A stretch of DNA of 64,000 bases from an uncultured Pseudomonadota bacterium (GTDB lineage Bacteria; Oederibacteriota; Muellerivitia; Muellerivitales; Muellerivitaceae), in NCBI GenBank assembly GCA_963836235.1, contig CAWIIP010000004.1, positions 199,281-263,280 on the forward strand, given 5' to 3'. The position numbers were made by a program, and so were the translations under genes. This document shows, piece after piece, positions 35,893 to 45,462 of the stretch (positions are counted from its first letter, which is position 1; every line of letters begins with the position of its first letter). A model generated the notes under the pieces. That model was not told the origin of the DNA. It did not search any database and saw only the letters and a program-made list of their open reading frames with translations.

Positions 35893-36342
35893 ATGGAAAA
35901 CCAAATACAGAAGTCGGAAAACTTAAAGACTTTTCATCCTTCATTTTATCAATGTACGCCCGTGCTTTTTCTCCCCTTTCCGTTGTTTCTTTTTGTCCTC
36001 TTGGGAGTCCGGCTTTATTACATCCTAATGCTGTTTTGGTTCATGGAAATGTCGTTTCTTTTATTTATCTGGGTTTACCTCACAACCACTCTCTACGTCA
36101 TCAGGCCCGACCGAATTGAAATCAAAACCGGGATATTCGTTAAGCGGTCAAGAACCGTCCCTTTCGACCAAATCATAAATATCACCTGCAAACAGAGCAT
36201 TGCCCAAAGGCTTTTTAGGATTGGGGACATTTTCATAGACACTCCCGGAGGGAAACCTTTTGAGTTGGCTTTGGCGGGGGTCGAGAGACATGAAGAGATG
36301 GCGGAATTTCTATTTGCCTTGAAAAAAAGAGGCAATCCATGA
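35893..36342 (+). CDS. bPH_2 (YdbS/YdbT-like) membrane protein
   Basis: Two TM helices, then IRPDRIEIKTGIFVKRSRTVPFDQIINITCKQSIAQRLFRIGDIFIDT, typical of bacterial PH domains. Confidence 0.45.
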   Translation: MENQIQKSENLKTFHPSFYQCTPVLFLPFPLFLFVLLGVRLYYILMLFWFMEMSFLLFIWVYLTTTLYVIRPDRIEIKTGIFVKRSRTVPFDQIINITCKQSIAQRLFRIGDIFIDTPGGKPFELALAGVERHEEMAEFLFALKKRGNP

Positions 36343-37205
36343 AGGTCATACTTCTTTGTTTTTTGATGTTTAGTGGGGCTTGCCAACTGGTTTTGGCCGA
36401 CACAACTTCCGACGATCCTAAAACGGAAGAGGCGTTGAGGAACAATGTCATCGACTTTAGGGATTGGTTGATGAAACAACTTTCCCAATTTCCCAAAGCC
36501 GACCCGCATAAAACAGGGATGATCCTAAGAAATTATGCATCTCTTCCAAGAAAGAACCGGGTCATCAATGCCAACCAATACAACCAAGCGGCCAAATCAG
36601 ATTGGGTGAAAGGCCAAGTTTTGCAGGGCCTTTCCACCTTGAGCCAACAGCTTGCCAATACCGCAGGGACGGCTTTAGCTCCTCAAAGCGCAAGCCAGCT
36701 TCAACAATACTCGACTCAATTGGGTCAAAGTAACGATCCCCAATTCCAACAGGTTGGAACTCTTTACTCCCAGGAAGCCCAGGCCTTACAAGCAGGGAAC
36801 ACCCAGGGGGCCAACCAAGCGGCCAGCCAGGTCGCCGCCGTTCCCCAGCCCAATGTCCCGCCAGGATACCAACCCACCCAAAACGAAACATCACTGGCCG
36901 CGACCCTTAACCAGATCACCGGAAGCCTTATCGGTGCGGTCGTTGAGGCAGTTATCGCCATTTATGGCGGACCGGTTGCGGCCTCCCTGTTTTCACCGGC
37001 AATTATGTCGATTTTTGGGGGTGGGCAGAATACCGGAAGTGCCCTAGCAACAGCGCCGAACCCCGCAACGGCGCTTAACACGGGGGGAGTCAATGTCGCA
37101 CAAACGGGAGGGGGAGCGTTGATGCAACAGTTGGGTAGTGTGAATGTCAAACCGCTTCAACCCCAAAATTCCGCAAATGCCGGTGCCGCACCACCGGCCC
37201 AATAA
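36339..37205 (+). CDS. secreted Q/A/N-rich low-complexity protein, hypothetical
   Basis: Signal peptide MKVILLCFLMFSGACQLVLA. Gln/Ala-rich repeats. Confidence 0.35.
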   Translation: MKVILLCFLMFSGACQLVLADTTSDDPKTEEALRNNVIDFRDWLMKQLSQFPKADPHKTGMILRNYASLPRKNRVINANQYNQAAKSDWVKGQVLQGLSTLSQQLANTAGTALAPQSASQLQQYSTQLGQSNDPQFQQVGTLYSQEAQALQAGNTQGANQAASQVAAVPQPNVPPGYQPTQNETSLAATLNQITGSLIGAVVEAVIAIYGGPVAASLFSPAIMSIFGGGQNTGSALATAPNPATALNTGGVNVAQTGGGALMQQLGSVNVKPLQPQNSANAGAAPPAQ

Positions 37206-37228
37206 ATATCAATGATCGGAGAAATTAA

Positions 37229-37591
37229 ATGAAAAAAAGAAACTTTATCAATTCTATAAAGCAGGTAGGGATGACGGGCTATCTCCTCATTCTTGCGGAT
37301 AAGGCCAATGCACAAGCGATTACCAGTATGCCGGAACTTTCCCCGATAAAACTGATGATCCTTTTTGTACTGGATGCTTATGGGGTTTGGAAACTATTGC
37401 AATGCGTTAAGAACGTCTTGGATCACCTCGCCGATTCAAGTAAGGGTGATCCGGCGGCTAAAGATCGGATTTGGGGAAGCGTTCTGGCTTTCATCGGGAT
37501 ACTTATGGTGGGGGTAATGGTCAATGTTTTAATTCTCAAAGCGGGAGAATTTGGGGCGAGGCCGGTTAGTTCTGTCCTGTCCGGGAATTGA
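37229..37591 (+). CDS. TrbC/VirB2-like T4SS pilin (putative)
   Basis: Long signal peptide ending ANAQA, then two hydrophobic helices separated by a short polar loop. 120 aa. Position upstream of VirB6-, VirB3- and VirB4-like genes. Confidence 0.4.
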   Translation: MKKRNFINSIKQVGMTGYLLILADKANAQAITSMPELSPIKLMILFVLDAYGVWKLLQCVKNVLDHLADSSKGDPAAKDRIWGSVLAFIGILMVGVMVNVLILKAGEFGARPVSSVLSGN

Positions 37592-37598
37592 TCCATTC

Positions 37599-39512
37599 AT
37601 GAAAAGAGTTCTTCAACTCCCACCCCTAATTTGTTTTTGCCTTTTGACCTCGACTTCCTGGGGGGTCTCGGTGTTATCGACCGATAGCGGCCCCACTTCA
37701 CAGACAATCGAGCAGGGAGTTTCGGCAGGGATTTTCGATTCCATGACGCAACACGCGGGGGATTGGGTCGCCAATGGGATGAACAAAATCGGGAATTGGG
37801 CTTTGCAAACTTTATTTGCGATTTACGATAAATATATTGGAACTTTCCTGATTATGATCCCCGATTTGGCATCTCCCCAAACCTATACCGCATTAACCAA
37901 TGGCTCCCTTAATACATCCGCCAATGCAGTCCAAGTCGTTCTAAATATTCTAAAAATTACCAGTGGGACAGGACTTTTCATCCTGATAGTAGGGTTTGTT
38001 ATAGATACGGGCCAAAGGTCATCCGGTTTGTGGGATAGGTTTGTCGATGGATCAACCGTGATTGGGTTCGTTGCGGCTTTCCTTTTTCTTTTCGCTTGGC
38101 CGACCGTTCATTCCTACCTGACCAATGGGATAACGGCGATGGGTTATTACATTTATAACCAGAATACTTTGCGCACTTCCGGCGTTTTGGAGGGCATCCA
38201 GAATATTGACCTAAATTCTGATGGTGTAGCGACTTCCGTTCAATTGGCCCAATTTGATTTCCGGGGAAATTTCATCACGATTCAGGGAATCATTTGGAAT
38301 CTTATTTATCTCATTTCCATTTCCTTGGTCGTCTTGGGTTTCTACAACTGTTATTCGGCGGTATCCGCGGGGGATTCCCAGAAAGGCAGTTATAAATTTT
38401 TTCAGGCCGTTGCCGGAATCATCCTGATTCTCGGTGTTCCCACAATCATCCATGTTTTTATCGACAAAGGAGCCGACGCTTTGGGGACCCAACAAGCCAT
38501 TCCGGGGCAATCCCTTACTCCTTTTTCCATGCAAGGATTGGTTCAGGATAACGGCGTTCAGTATCCCCAACAACAGGGGCAAGCCCCGCCCAACATTGGA
38601 ACAGCAGGCAATAGTACCCAAGTTCCTGGAACAAGCCGTTTAGCGATATTTTCTGCTGGCCTTGTGAAATGCGGAGTTTCTATTTGGGGACTCATCGTCT
38701 GCTTTTCGGTGGTCTTCGCAAAGTTTTTCCAAATTTTGAATCTTTGGGTCATGTTCATCCTCGGTCCCGTTTTCATCGGGTGCCTTGGGCACCCGGCCAC
38801 TTCCTCTATTTTTTGGGGCGCGGCCCGGTACTTTTTAAAACTCATCCTTTATTCCGTAATTTGGGCAATCACCCTTGTCGGCCTCTATTTGATTCCAAAC
38901 ATCAATTGGGGTGTGGAGACAATTGGTGTGAACAGTCTCTTGACGGCAGTCGCCGTACTTGCCGGTCTTCAAATGATCGCCAACGTCCAAGAATTCGCAT
39001 CCCTTTTCACAACCTTTTCAGGCGCAAACCTGAGAGGCGAAGGTTACAAGGAATCCTACCGGGATACCAAGGCAGCCCTTGGGTCGGCCAATTCATTACG
39101 CCTGGGAACATTTGGAGCCCTTCAAGGCGCATCGGGTGAGACAAGTCAAGGGTTGGCCGCCGCCACGGGTGCGGCATTCGGGTCAATTATTCCCGGTGTG
39201 GGGACGGCTAGTGGTGCCCTGGCAGGGCAAAAGACGATGAAAGGTTTTAACTCTTTAGCCAAATTGGGGTCTATGGGTGGCAGGGGAAAGGGTGAGGAAG
39301 AATCGGACAATCCGATTTCAAAAGCCCTTAAAAAGTTTTCCGGCAATGTAATTTCCAAGAATCTTTCTAAGGAAGACCAACAAAACAAGTCCTACTCGGT
39401 GGATGAAAGAAAAAAACGCCAATTGGTCAGTGAATACGCAAAAAAACTCCAAGGCAAGAAACCAAATCCGAATTCAGGGTATCAGGGACCAAAAGGGAAG
39501 AGGAGTGTCTAA
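37599..39512 (+). CDS. VirB6/TrbL-like polytopic inner-membrane T4SS protein (putative)
   Basis: ATG at 37599. At least 7 TM helices plus a hydrophilic C-terminal tail. Sits between pilin-like and VirB3/VirB4-like genes. Confidence 0.4.
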   Translation: MKRVLQLPPLICFCLLTSTSWGVSVLSTDSGPTSQTIEQGVSAGIFDSMTQHAGDWVANGMNKIGNWALQTLFAIYDKYIGTFLIMIPDLASPQTYTALTNGSLNTSANAVQVVLNILKITSGTGLFILIVGFVIDTGQRSSGLWDRFVDGSTVIGFVAAFLFLFAWPTVHSYLTNGITAMGYYIYNQNTLRTSGVLEGIQNIDLNSDGVATSVQLAQFDFRGNFITIQGIIWNLIYLISISLVVLGFYNCYSAVSAGDSQKGSYKFFQAVAGIILILGVPTIIHVFIDKGADALGTQQAIPGQSLTPFSMQGLVQDNGVQYPQQQGQAPPNIGTAGNSTQVPGTSRLAIFSAGLVKCGVSIWGLIVCFSVVFAKFFQILNLWVMFILGPVFIGCLGHPATSSIFWGAARYFLKLILYSVIWAITLVGLYLIPNINWGVETIGVNSLLTAVAVLAGLQMIANVQEFASLFTTFSGANLRGEGYKESYRDTKAALGSANSLRLGTFGALQGASGETSQGLAAATGAAFGSIIPGVGTASGALAGQKTMKGFNSLAKLGSMGGRGKGEEESDNPISKALKKFSGNVISKNLSKEDQQNKSYSVDERKKRQLVSEYAKKLQGKKPNPNSGYQGPKGKRSV

Positions 39513-39803
39513 ATGGCTATTCCTTTAGAAAAAGAATCCAAAATGTGGGGTCTCTTTTATACCTCCGATTTTAACAAATTGATGTTTGCCATTATCGGCA
39601 ACGCCCTTGCCTTCATGGTGTTTTTCATTTTTTGGGGCCTTGAAGGCGCATTAGTCCTTTTCTTCGCAACCATGATCCTCGTGACCACTTACTACGTCAT
39701 GAAGAGTTTTTGGCCCGAAAAATACTTTGAAAACATCATCCGTTACCACAACGAACCAAAACAATATTTTCCCGGCGGGGAAGCAAGCGAGTTTGAGAAA
39801 TGA
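39513..39803 (+). CDS. VirB3-like small membrane protein (putative)
   Basis: 96 aa with two TM helices. Stop overlaps the VirB4 start. Canonical position directly upstream of virB4. Confidence 0.4.
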   Translation: MAIPLEKESKMWGLFYTSDFNKLMFAIIGNALAFMVFFIFWGLEGALVLFFATMILVTTYYVMKSFWPEKYFENIIRYHNEPKQYFPGGEASEFEK

Positions 39804-42367
39804 GAAATTTCTTCATACCAAAAAAGAAGCCAGATTCAGTAGCGGGACTACTCAGGATAAAAGCAGTCGGACCGGGTTACATCGTTTTAAGGAATCCTGA
39901 GCAATATGTCTCAATATTTAGGATTGCGGGAGGGTTGAATCCTTGGATGGAAGACCCGGATGTTTTGGGGGAGAAAATCCGAAAGCTTGATTCAATCCTA
40001 TCGGATTTGAGAAGAGGCGAGGAAGTCCAATTCCTGACTAAAAGAATTAAGGCTGATGCTGAATCCGCGATTGAAAAATTTGACGAAAGGATTCACGACA
40101 ATGCCCCAGAGGTTTTCAGGAACCAATACCCAGAGTTTTTTCGGAATTGGCTAAGACAGTTTTATGACCAACAGAAAATATGTCATTACCGGTCCTATGT
40201 CCTATTTACCATCCCGCCACCCCGATCTTCAAAACCCACCAAGGATTTTTTGAAGATTGAGGAAGTGCTTCGAAGGGGGAAATCCTGGGCATCCCAACTC
40301 AATATGGTCGGAATGGATGTTCAGGAACCAACGGAAGAGGAGATTTACTCACTTCTTTTTGAGGAATTATCCCAACAACCTTTTTATGGGAATCCCCAAA
40401 GATTCAAGAATGCCGTTGGAGTTTCTGGGGGGGACTATGGTTTACAAACATTAAGAGAAATGTTGACCACCTATCCGTGGGATTTTAGGGAACCAACTTA
40501 CTTCAAGGTTGGGGATGTCTTTGGCAAAACCCTTTATGTGACTGAATTCCCATCTTTCAACGAAGAAAACCTTTTCTTCCAGGAGCTTTACGAACAAACC
40601 GATGATTTCAAAATCTCTCTTTTTGTGAAGGGAGTAGACATCTTCCGGGCTCAATCAATCGTGGAAAAACAAATTCAAGCCGACCAAGGGGCTATTTGGA
40701 AAAGAAAGAACGTGATGAATTTCGATGCGAAAGCGGCTTTGGATTATCGCCAAAGCGTTCTCGAGCTTGTATCGGAAAGAAGAACATCCCTCGCAAAGTT
40801 TTCCCTCTACGTGACCCTCTTTTCCGACAATTCCAAAAAACTTATGACCAGTTTCGAGAGTTTGACCAGGATGTTCAAGAACGTCCATCCCTTATCAGGT
40901 TACGGCGAACAGAAGAGGCTTTTTCTTTCGACTATCCCGCAGGCAACCGATGAAGCTGGACATGAACACCTTCAAGCCACGGCTGTCATCGCAAACGCGA
41001 TCCCCTGTCTTTATGACCCCATTGCAGATACGGACGGTGTCCCAATCGGGAAAACACTTTCCGGCGAAATGGTTCAATTAAATTTGTGGGGGAGGGAAAC
41101 GGAAAACTGGAACGTCCTGGTAGTTGGGTCTTCCGGCACGGGAAAGTCTTTCAGCATCAACCAACTGCTTATAAAAAACCTGCCCATGAACCCCTACGTC
41201 ATGATTATCGATAAATCCCAATCTTATAAAACCCTGTGCAGGCTGGCTGGTGGTCGCTATTTGAATTATGACTTGGATAGCTCCCATCACTTGAACATCT
41301 TCGACTATCCCCTTGATGAGGTTAAGGCGCTAGACGGTGAAATCGATCCCGATCATATCGCCAACATCATCATGTATTTGGGAGTAGTCCTTGCGAATAT
41401 CAAGGATAACCGGATTGAGGAAGCCGAGGAGTTGGACAAAGCCCTTCTCCAAGAAGCCGTAAAACAAACCTATAAGAACACCATCGGGGAGAACAGAGTT
41501 CCTCTCTTGAGGGATTTAAGGGAAACACTTTTCAAAATGGCCGATGACAAGAAAGTACCGGCCCAATTCCAATACATTTGCCGGAAACAATCGGAAGTTT
41601 TGAAACTCTTCACCGGAAAGGGAATGTACGCCAACCTAACCGACCGGGAATCGACCGTCAACGCGGACAATTCATTCATCGTTTTCGATACATCCGGGAT
41701 AAGTGATAACGACAAAAAGGCCGTAGGATTGGCGGTCTTTGTTATCTCCAATTACTGCCTTAATAAGGCAAAGCAGAACAAAGAATTAAACCGCCTTTCC
41801 CAATTGGCGATGGATGAATGCTGGTATTTAGCTCAGTATCCCGCAGGCCTAGCCTTCCTATTAAGAATCGCAAAGACCGCCCGGCATTTACGGCTCCAAC
41901 CCATTTTCGCCACCCAAGAAATTGGAGAGTTTTTCGGGGTGAAGGGTGTTGAAGCAATCCTCAAGAACACTTCCACAAAAATACTCTTAAAGCTGGTCGG
42001 GGACGACATCGACCACGCAAAAGGACTCCTTCAGTTAAATCCAACCCAAGTTGAGAAGGTGATGAACCTCCATTTGGTTAAGGGTGTCTATTCCCAAGCC
42101 TTGATCCACCAAACTCTTCGGCAGGGAATCGTGAACATTTTTCCCGATGAATTGGCTTATCACATCGCAACGACTTATGGCCCGGAAGCGGCAGTCCGTG
42201 ACCATTACCTTGAAACCTATTCGAGCGAGGAAGACCCATTAACGACTTTGGGAGCAATCAGCAAATGGATTGAGGACAAGGAAAACAACTGTGTTTTGAA
42301 ACCAATCGTTAGGGAACAGGACAAATTGCCCATAGTCAAAAAGGCGGAAGAGGTAGTGATGAAATGA
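39800..42367 (+). CDS. virB4: VirB4/TrbE/CagE-family T4SS ATPase
   Basis: Walker A VVGSSGTGKSF. Walker B MDECWYL ... IFATQEIGEF. 855 aa, the typical VirB4 length. Confidence 0.85.
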   Translation: MRNFFIPKKKPDSVAGLLRIKAVGPGYIVLRNPEQYVSIFRIAGGLNPWMEDPDVLGEKIRKLDSILSDLRRGEEVQFLTKRIKADAESAIEKFDERIHDNAPEVFRNQYPEFFRNWLRQFYDQQKICHYRSYVLFTIPPPRSSKPTKDFLKIEEVLRRGKSWASQLNMVGMDVQEPTEEEIYSLLFEELSQQPFYGNPQRFKNAVGVSGGDYGLQTLREMLTTYPWDFREPTYFKVGDVFGKTLYVTEFPSFNEENLFFQELYEQTDDFKISLFVKGVDIFRAQSIVEKQIQADQGAIWKRKNVMNFDAKAALDYRQSVLELVSERRTSLAKFSLYVTLFSDNSKKLMTSFESLTRMFKNVHPLSGYGEQKRLFLSTIPQATDEAGHEHLQATAVIANAIPCLYDPIADTDGVPIGKTLSGEMVQLNLWGRETENWNVLVVGSSGTGKSFSINQLLIKNLPMNPYVMIIDKSQSYKTLCRLAGGRYLNYDLDSSHHLNIFDYPLDEVKALDGEIDPDHIANIIMYLGVVLANIKDNRIEEAEELDKALLQEAVKQTYKNTIGENRVPLLRDLRETLFKMADDKKVPAQFQYICRKQSEVLKLFTGKGMYANLTDRESTVNADNSFIVFDTSGISDNDKKAVGLAVFVISNYCLNKAKQNKELNRLSQLAMDECWYLAQYPAGLAFLLRIAKTARHLRLQPIFATQEIGEFFGVKGVEAILKNTSTKILLKLVGDDIDHAKGLLQLNPTQVEKVMNLHLVKGVYSQALIHQTLRQGIVNIFPDELAYHIATTYGPEAAVRDHYLETYSSEEDPLTTLGAISKWIEDKENNCVLKPIVREQDKLPIVKKAEEVVMK

Positions 42368-42963
42368 CGGAACCGAACGAAAAAGATGATTTGAAATTCT
42401 TGGAAAAGTTGGATGAGGAACCGAAGAAATCTGGTTACACCCCCGCGATTCTTGTCGCTATTGCGTTTGTTGGGCTTGGAATCGCGACGACTCTTTTATG
42501 GGGAAGAACGAAGATTTTGAATTCCCCTAAAACCGACGTATCGAACACAACGGATCAACAAGCGGTAAGCCAGGAGGCTCAATATTCCGACATCATAAAC
42601 TTCGCCGAAAAATTCACAATCATGGTTTTCAACGTGAACTATACCGATATCAACCACCAGGAAGACAAAGTGGCAAACCTTATGAGCGACAACATGATGT
42701 CTTACTACCAGGATGCTTTTCTTGACCCTAAATGGATTGCCTTCATTACAGACAATAAGGCCTATGTGACCTACCAGGGAATTGAACGGTCAACGGTCGA
42801 GAACACCGATGGAACCCACTATTGGGTCCGGGTGATTGGTAAATGCCTCTACAACTCCGATACCAGAGGGTTTGGCTCCCAGATTGAATTGCCGTTTCAC
42901 CTGGTAGTTGTCGTCAAGAAGGACAACGGAAAACTAATCATTACGGATTTTCAAAGGTTATAG
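42364..42963 (+). CDS. membrane-anchored T4SS component, VirB8/TrbF-like (tentative)
   Basis: Single N-terminal TM (ILVAIAFVGLGIATTLLW) and a periplasmic domain of about 150 aa. Coupled to virB4 (4-nt overlap). Confidence 0.3.
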   Translation: MTEPNEKDDLKFLEKLDEEPKKSGYTPAILVAIAFVGLGIATTLLWGRTKILNSPKTDVSNTTDQQAVSQEAQYSDIINFAEKFTIMVFNVNYTDINHQEDKVANLMSDNMMSYYQDAFLDPKWIAFITDNKAYVTYQGIERSTVENTDGTHYWVRVIGKCLYNSDTRGFGSQIELPFHLVVVVKKDNGKLIITDFQRL

Positions 42964-42965
42964 CG

Positions 42966-43310
42966 ATGGAAGATCTTATTTTACGGATTAATCCTCAAAT
43001 TGCTCGGCGCTACCTGCAAGCGGCCAATTTTTACTTTGTGACCGATAGTTATCTTGATGCTTTGAAAAAATTTGAAGGCCTTTTGGTTGGACACGAAAAG
43101 GAAGGGTATTCCGAAACGCCTTGGATATATGCCAAGTTCAAAAAGCCTAACCTCGTTTTAAAAACCATAAATCGAATCAACGAATTCTTTCCAACCTTCA
43201 CAAAAAGAATTGCCTTTGTCGCTAGAGCCCAATTTTTACTTGGGATTTACCTGTTTTATGTCAAAGACGACCACGGAAAGTTAATCATCACGGATTTTAA
43301 AAGGCTTTGA
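42966..43310 (+). CDS. chimeric ORF created by partial tandem duplication (diverged copy of the N-terminus of the TPR-GGDEF gene plus a copy of the upstream gene's C-terminal codons)
   Basis: Starts MEDLILRINPQIARRYLQ (cf. MEDNVLQINPELARRCLQ at 43314). Ends DHGKLIITDFKRL (cf. DNGKLIITDFQRL at the end of 42364-42963). Confidence 0.5.
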   Translation: MEDLILRINPQIARRYLQAANFYFVTDSYLDALKKFEGLLVGHEKEGYSETPWIYAKFKKPNLVLKTINRINEFFPTFTKRIAFVARAQFLLGIYLFYVKDDHGKLIITDFKRL

Positions 43311-43313
43311 TCG

Positions 43314-44786
43314 ATGGAAGATAACGTATTGCAGATAAACCCGGAATTAGCCCGAAGATGCCTTCAATCTGCCCATCTATATATGGAAACAAACCGTTAC
43401 CGTGAGGCCTTGAAGCTTTTTGATGACGTTATTGGCAAATACCAACCCCAAAACATTGAAGCCCATCTGGAATCGGCAAAGATTTATGCCAAGTTCAAAA
43501 AGCCTAATTCCATATTAAAGGTAATAACCCGTCTCCATAATTTCGCTGAAAAAACTCCCGAAAGTCTTGTCTTGCTTGGTAGAGCCCAATTTTTTCTTGA
43601 GCTTTATAGCGATTGCGAAGAAACGCTTAAAGAAATCTTTTTCAAGACGAGAGACTTTCCCGAAGCAGTCGCCTTGGAAGGGGAATTGTGTATCCATACC
43701 GGGAAATACGAAGCCGCGATCGAAAAGTTTGAAAGTTTAAGCACTAGATATCCCAAGAATTACAACTATCTAGCCCTTTTGGCCCTTGCCCAATATGTAG
43801 GCGGACGATACCACCGAACAATTACCAATTGCACCACGATCATGAAAACCGGGTTTGCCGATCCCAAAGTCACGAAATTGTACGAAATGGCGAGAAAAAA
43901 GAAACGCCGCGAGGCTTTGGGAAAGTTGAGGAAGGTTAAACCCCTCAAGTGGCTTTTTGCCCAATTGTTTGACCCGTTTTTGGAAAGCGAAATGCGGGCT
44001 GAATCTCAAAGCCAAACAACACATGAAGATCTTGTTCAAGAAACATTGGTGGACCATAGAACGGGCCTTTTTAATGACCGGGCCGCTACACAACAAATAC
44101 CCGCCCTTGCCGCCCGGAGGAAGTCCCAATTCTTCTTGACCATGGCCGATATCGACTTTTTCAAATCTTTCAACGACGTCCATTACAACCATCAGGTCGG
44201 AAACGCTGTTTTAAAAGCCCTCGCAAAGGCGGGACAGAAAATATTCTCAAAAAACAATATTTGGCGATATGGCGGGGAAGAGATTGTTTGGGCCTTGGAC
44301 ACATCCGAAGACCAAGCAATCGAAAAAGCGGAACAATTCAGGAAGTATTGCGAAGAAAGCGTGGTTGAAGAAGCAAATGAGATTATCAAGAAAGAAGGAA
44401 TTAAACATTTTGCGGACGGCCTAGATCATAAAAAAGATGAGGTCTTCTATATCTACTATCCCGTAACCATCAGCCAAGCCATTGTTCAATGGGGTGAAGA
44501 CGGGACAAACCTGGAAAGCGTACTAACGGCGGCGGATAAGGGCCTCTATACCGCAAAGGAAAGCGGTCGAAATGCGGTGGTCTATAGGGGAGCCCTAAAG
44601 AGTAGCGGGAAACGCCCTATTAAGTACACTCCTGAAATCCTCGGAATTCTCCATGAACAATCCATCAAAAAAGGTTCGCCCCATTGGTGGGCTCACATTA
44701 AAGGTCTTTCCGAGAAGGCACGGGAAGAAGCCCTTGAATACGCAAGGAACACTTTAAGCAACAAGGAGGTACCCTCCAAAAAATAA
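43314..44786 (+). CDS. TPR-GGDEF diguanylate cyclase-like protein (GGEEI variant)
   Basis: N-terminal TPR-like helices. C-terminal GGDEF domain: RTGLFNDRA ... LTMADIDFFKSFNDVHYNHQVGNAVL ... RYGGEEIVWAL. Confidence 0.7.
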   Translation: MEDNVLQINPELARRCLQSAHLYMETNRYREALKLFDDVIGKYQPQNIEAHLESAKIYAKFKKPNSILKVITRLHNFAEKTPESLVLLGRAQFFLELYSDCEETLKEIFFKTRDFPEAVALEGELCIHTGKYEAAIEKFESLSTRYPKNYNYLALLALAQYVGGRYHRTITNCTTIMKTGFADPKVTKLYEMARKKKRREALGKLRKVKPLKWLFAQLFDPFLESEMRAESQSQTTHEDLVQETLVDHRTGLFNDRAATQQIPALAARRKSQFFLTMADIDFFKSFNDVHYNHQVGNAVLKALAKAGQKIFSKNNIWRYGGEEIVWALDTSEDQAIEKAEQFRKYCEESVVEEANEIIKKEGIKHFADGLDHKKDEVFYIYYPVTISQAIVQWGEDGTNLESVLTAADKGLYTAKESGRNAVVYRGALKSSGKRPIKYTPEILGILHEQSIKKGSPHWWAHIKGLSEKAREEALEYARNTLSNKEVPSKK

Positions 44787-44825
44787 TTTATGGCGTTGGT
44801 CTAAAACAAAAAAAGGAGAAAGAAC

Positions 44826-45128
44826 ATGGGCTTAAAAGTCAGGATTACCAGGATGTATCCGTATGACGGGGAACACACGAAGGCTTTTGTGGGGGCCAAG
44901 GTCCTAATATCCGGGCGTGTCTTTGGTTACAACGAATTGACACTTGTGAAAAAGAAGGAAGGCAATGGTTTGTTTCTTGGTCTTCCCTCAAGACCCGGAA
45001 GACAGGAGGGGGAATACCACGACATTTGTTATATGGACCCGAACACTCGGAAGGAAATTGAAAAAATCGCCATTTTGGAATACGAAAAAAAGGTAAAGGA
45101 AAACAAAACCTCGGAAAAACAGGATTAA
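44826..45128 (+). CDS. spoVG: SpoVG-family protein
   Basis: GLFLGLPSRPGRQEGEYHDICYMDPNTRKEIEKIAILEYEK matches the SpoVG core. Confidence 0.7.
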   Translation: MGLKVRITRMYPYDGEHTKAFVGAKVLISGRVFGYNELTLVKKKEGNGLFLGLPSRPGRQEGEYHDICYMDPNTRKEIEKIAILEYEKKVKENKTSEKQD

Positions 45129-45186
45129 GTGAGAAGCAATTCTTTCCATTTCAAAAACCGTTTTAAGGGTCTGGCGGAGGGAAATC

Positions 45187-45462
45187 ATGTCCGAACGTAG
45201 AAGTGGAGACAGGCGGAATAAGATTCAAAATCGCCTTTTGAGCGACAAACAGGTCGCTGAATTGGCAGGGGTTCCGGTCAATACCGTTCGTAAGTGGAGA
45301 CAGATTGGAACCCTACCCTTTGTCAAAGTCGGTCGTCATCCGAGGGTTTGGATGTCGGAATTCGAAAAAACTTTCCATCAGCCAAAACCAAATGGCCCTT
45401 GGGAACAAATCCCTGATGATGGTAAAATGCCAGGTGCTGGGAACATTAGGAGGAAGTTATGA
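45187..45462 (+). CDS. excisionase/AlpA-like HTH DNA-binding protein
   Basis: LSDKQVAELAGVPVNTVRKWRQIGTLPFVKVGRHPRVW is an HTH_17-type domain. 4-nt overlap with the integrase gene. Confidence 0.5.
   Translation: MSERRSGDRRNKIQNRLLSDKQVAELAGVPVNTVRKWRQIGTLPFVKVGRHPRVWMSEFEKTFHQPKPNGPWEQIPDDGKMPGAGNIRRKL

Noticed and set aside
36565-37150. Minus- and plus-strand ORFs inside the Q/A-rich secreted-protein gene
   Set aside because: Alternative frames of a low-complexity GC-rich repeat region. The + strand frame has a signal peptide and is preferred.
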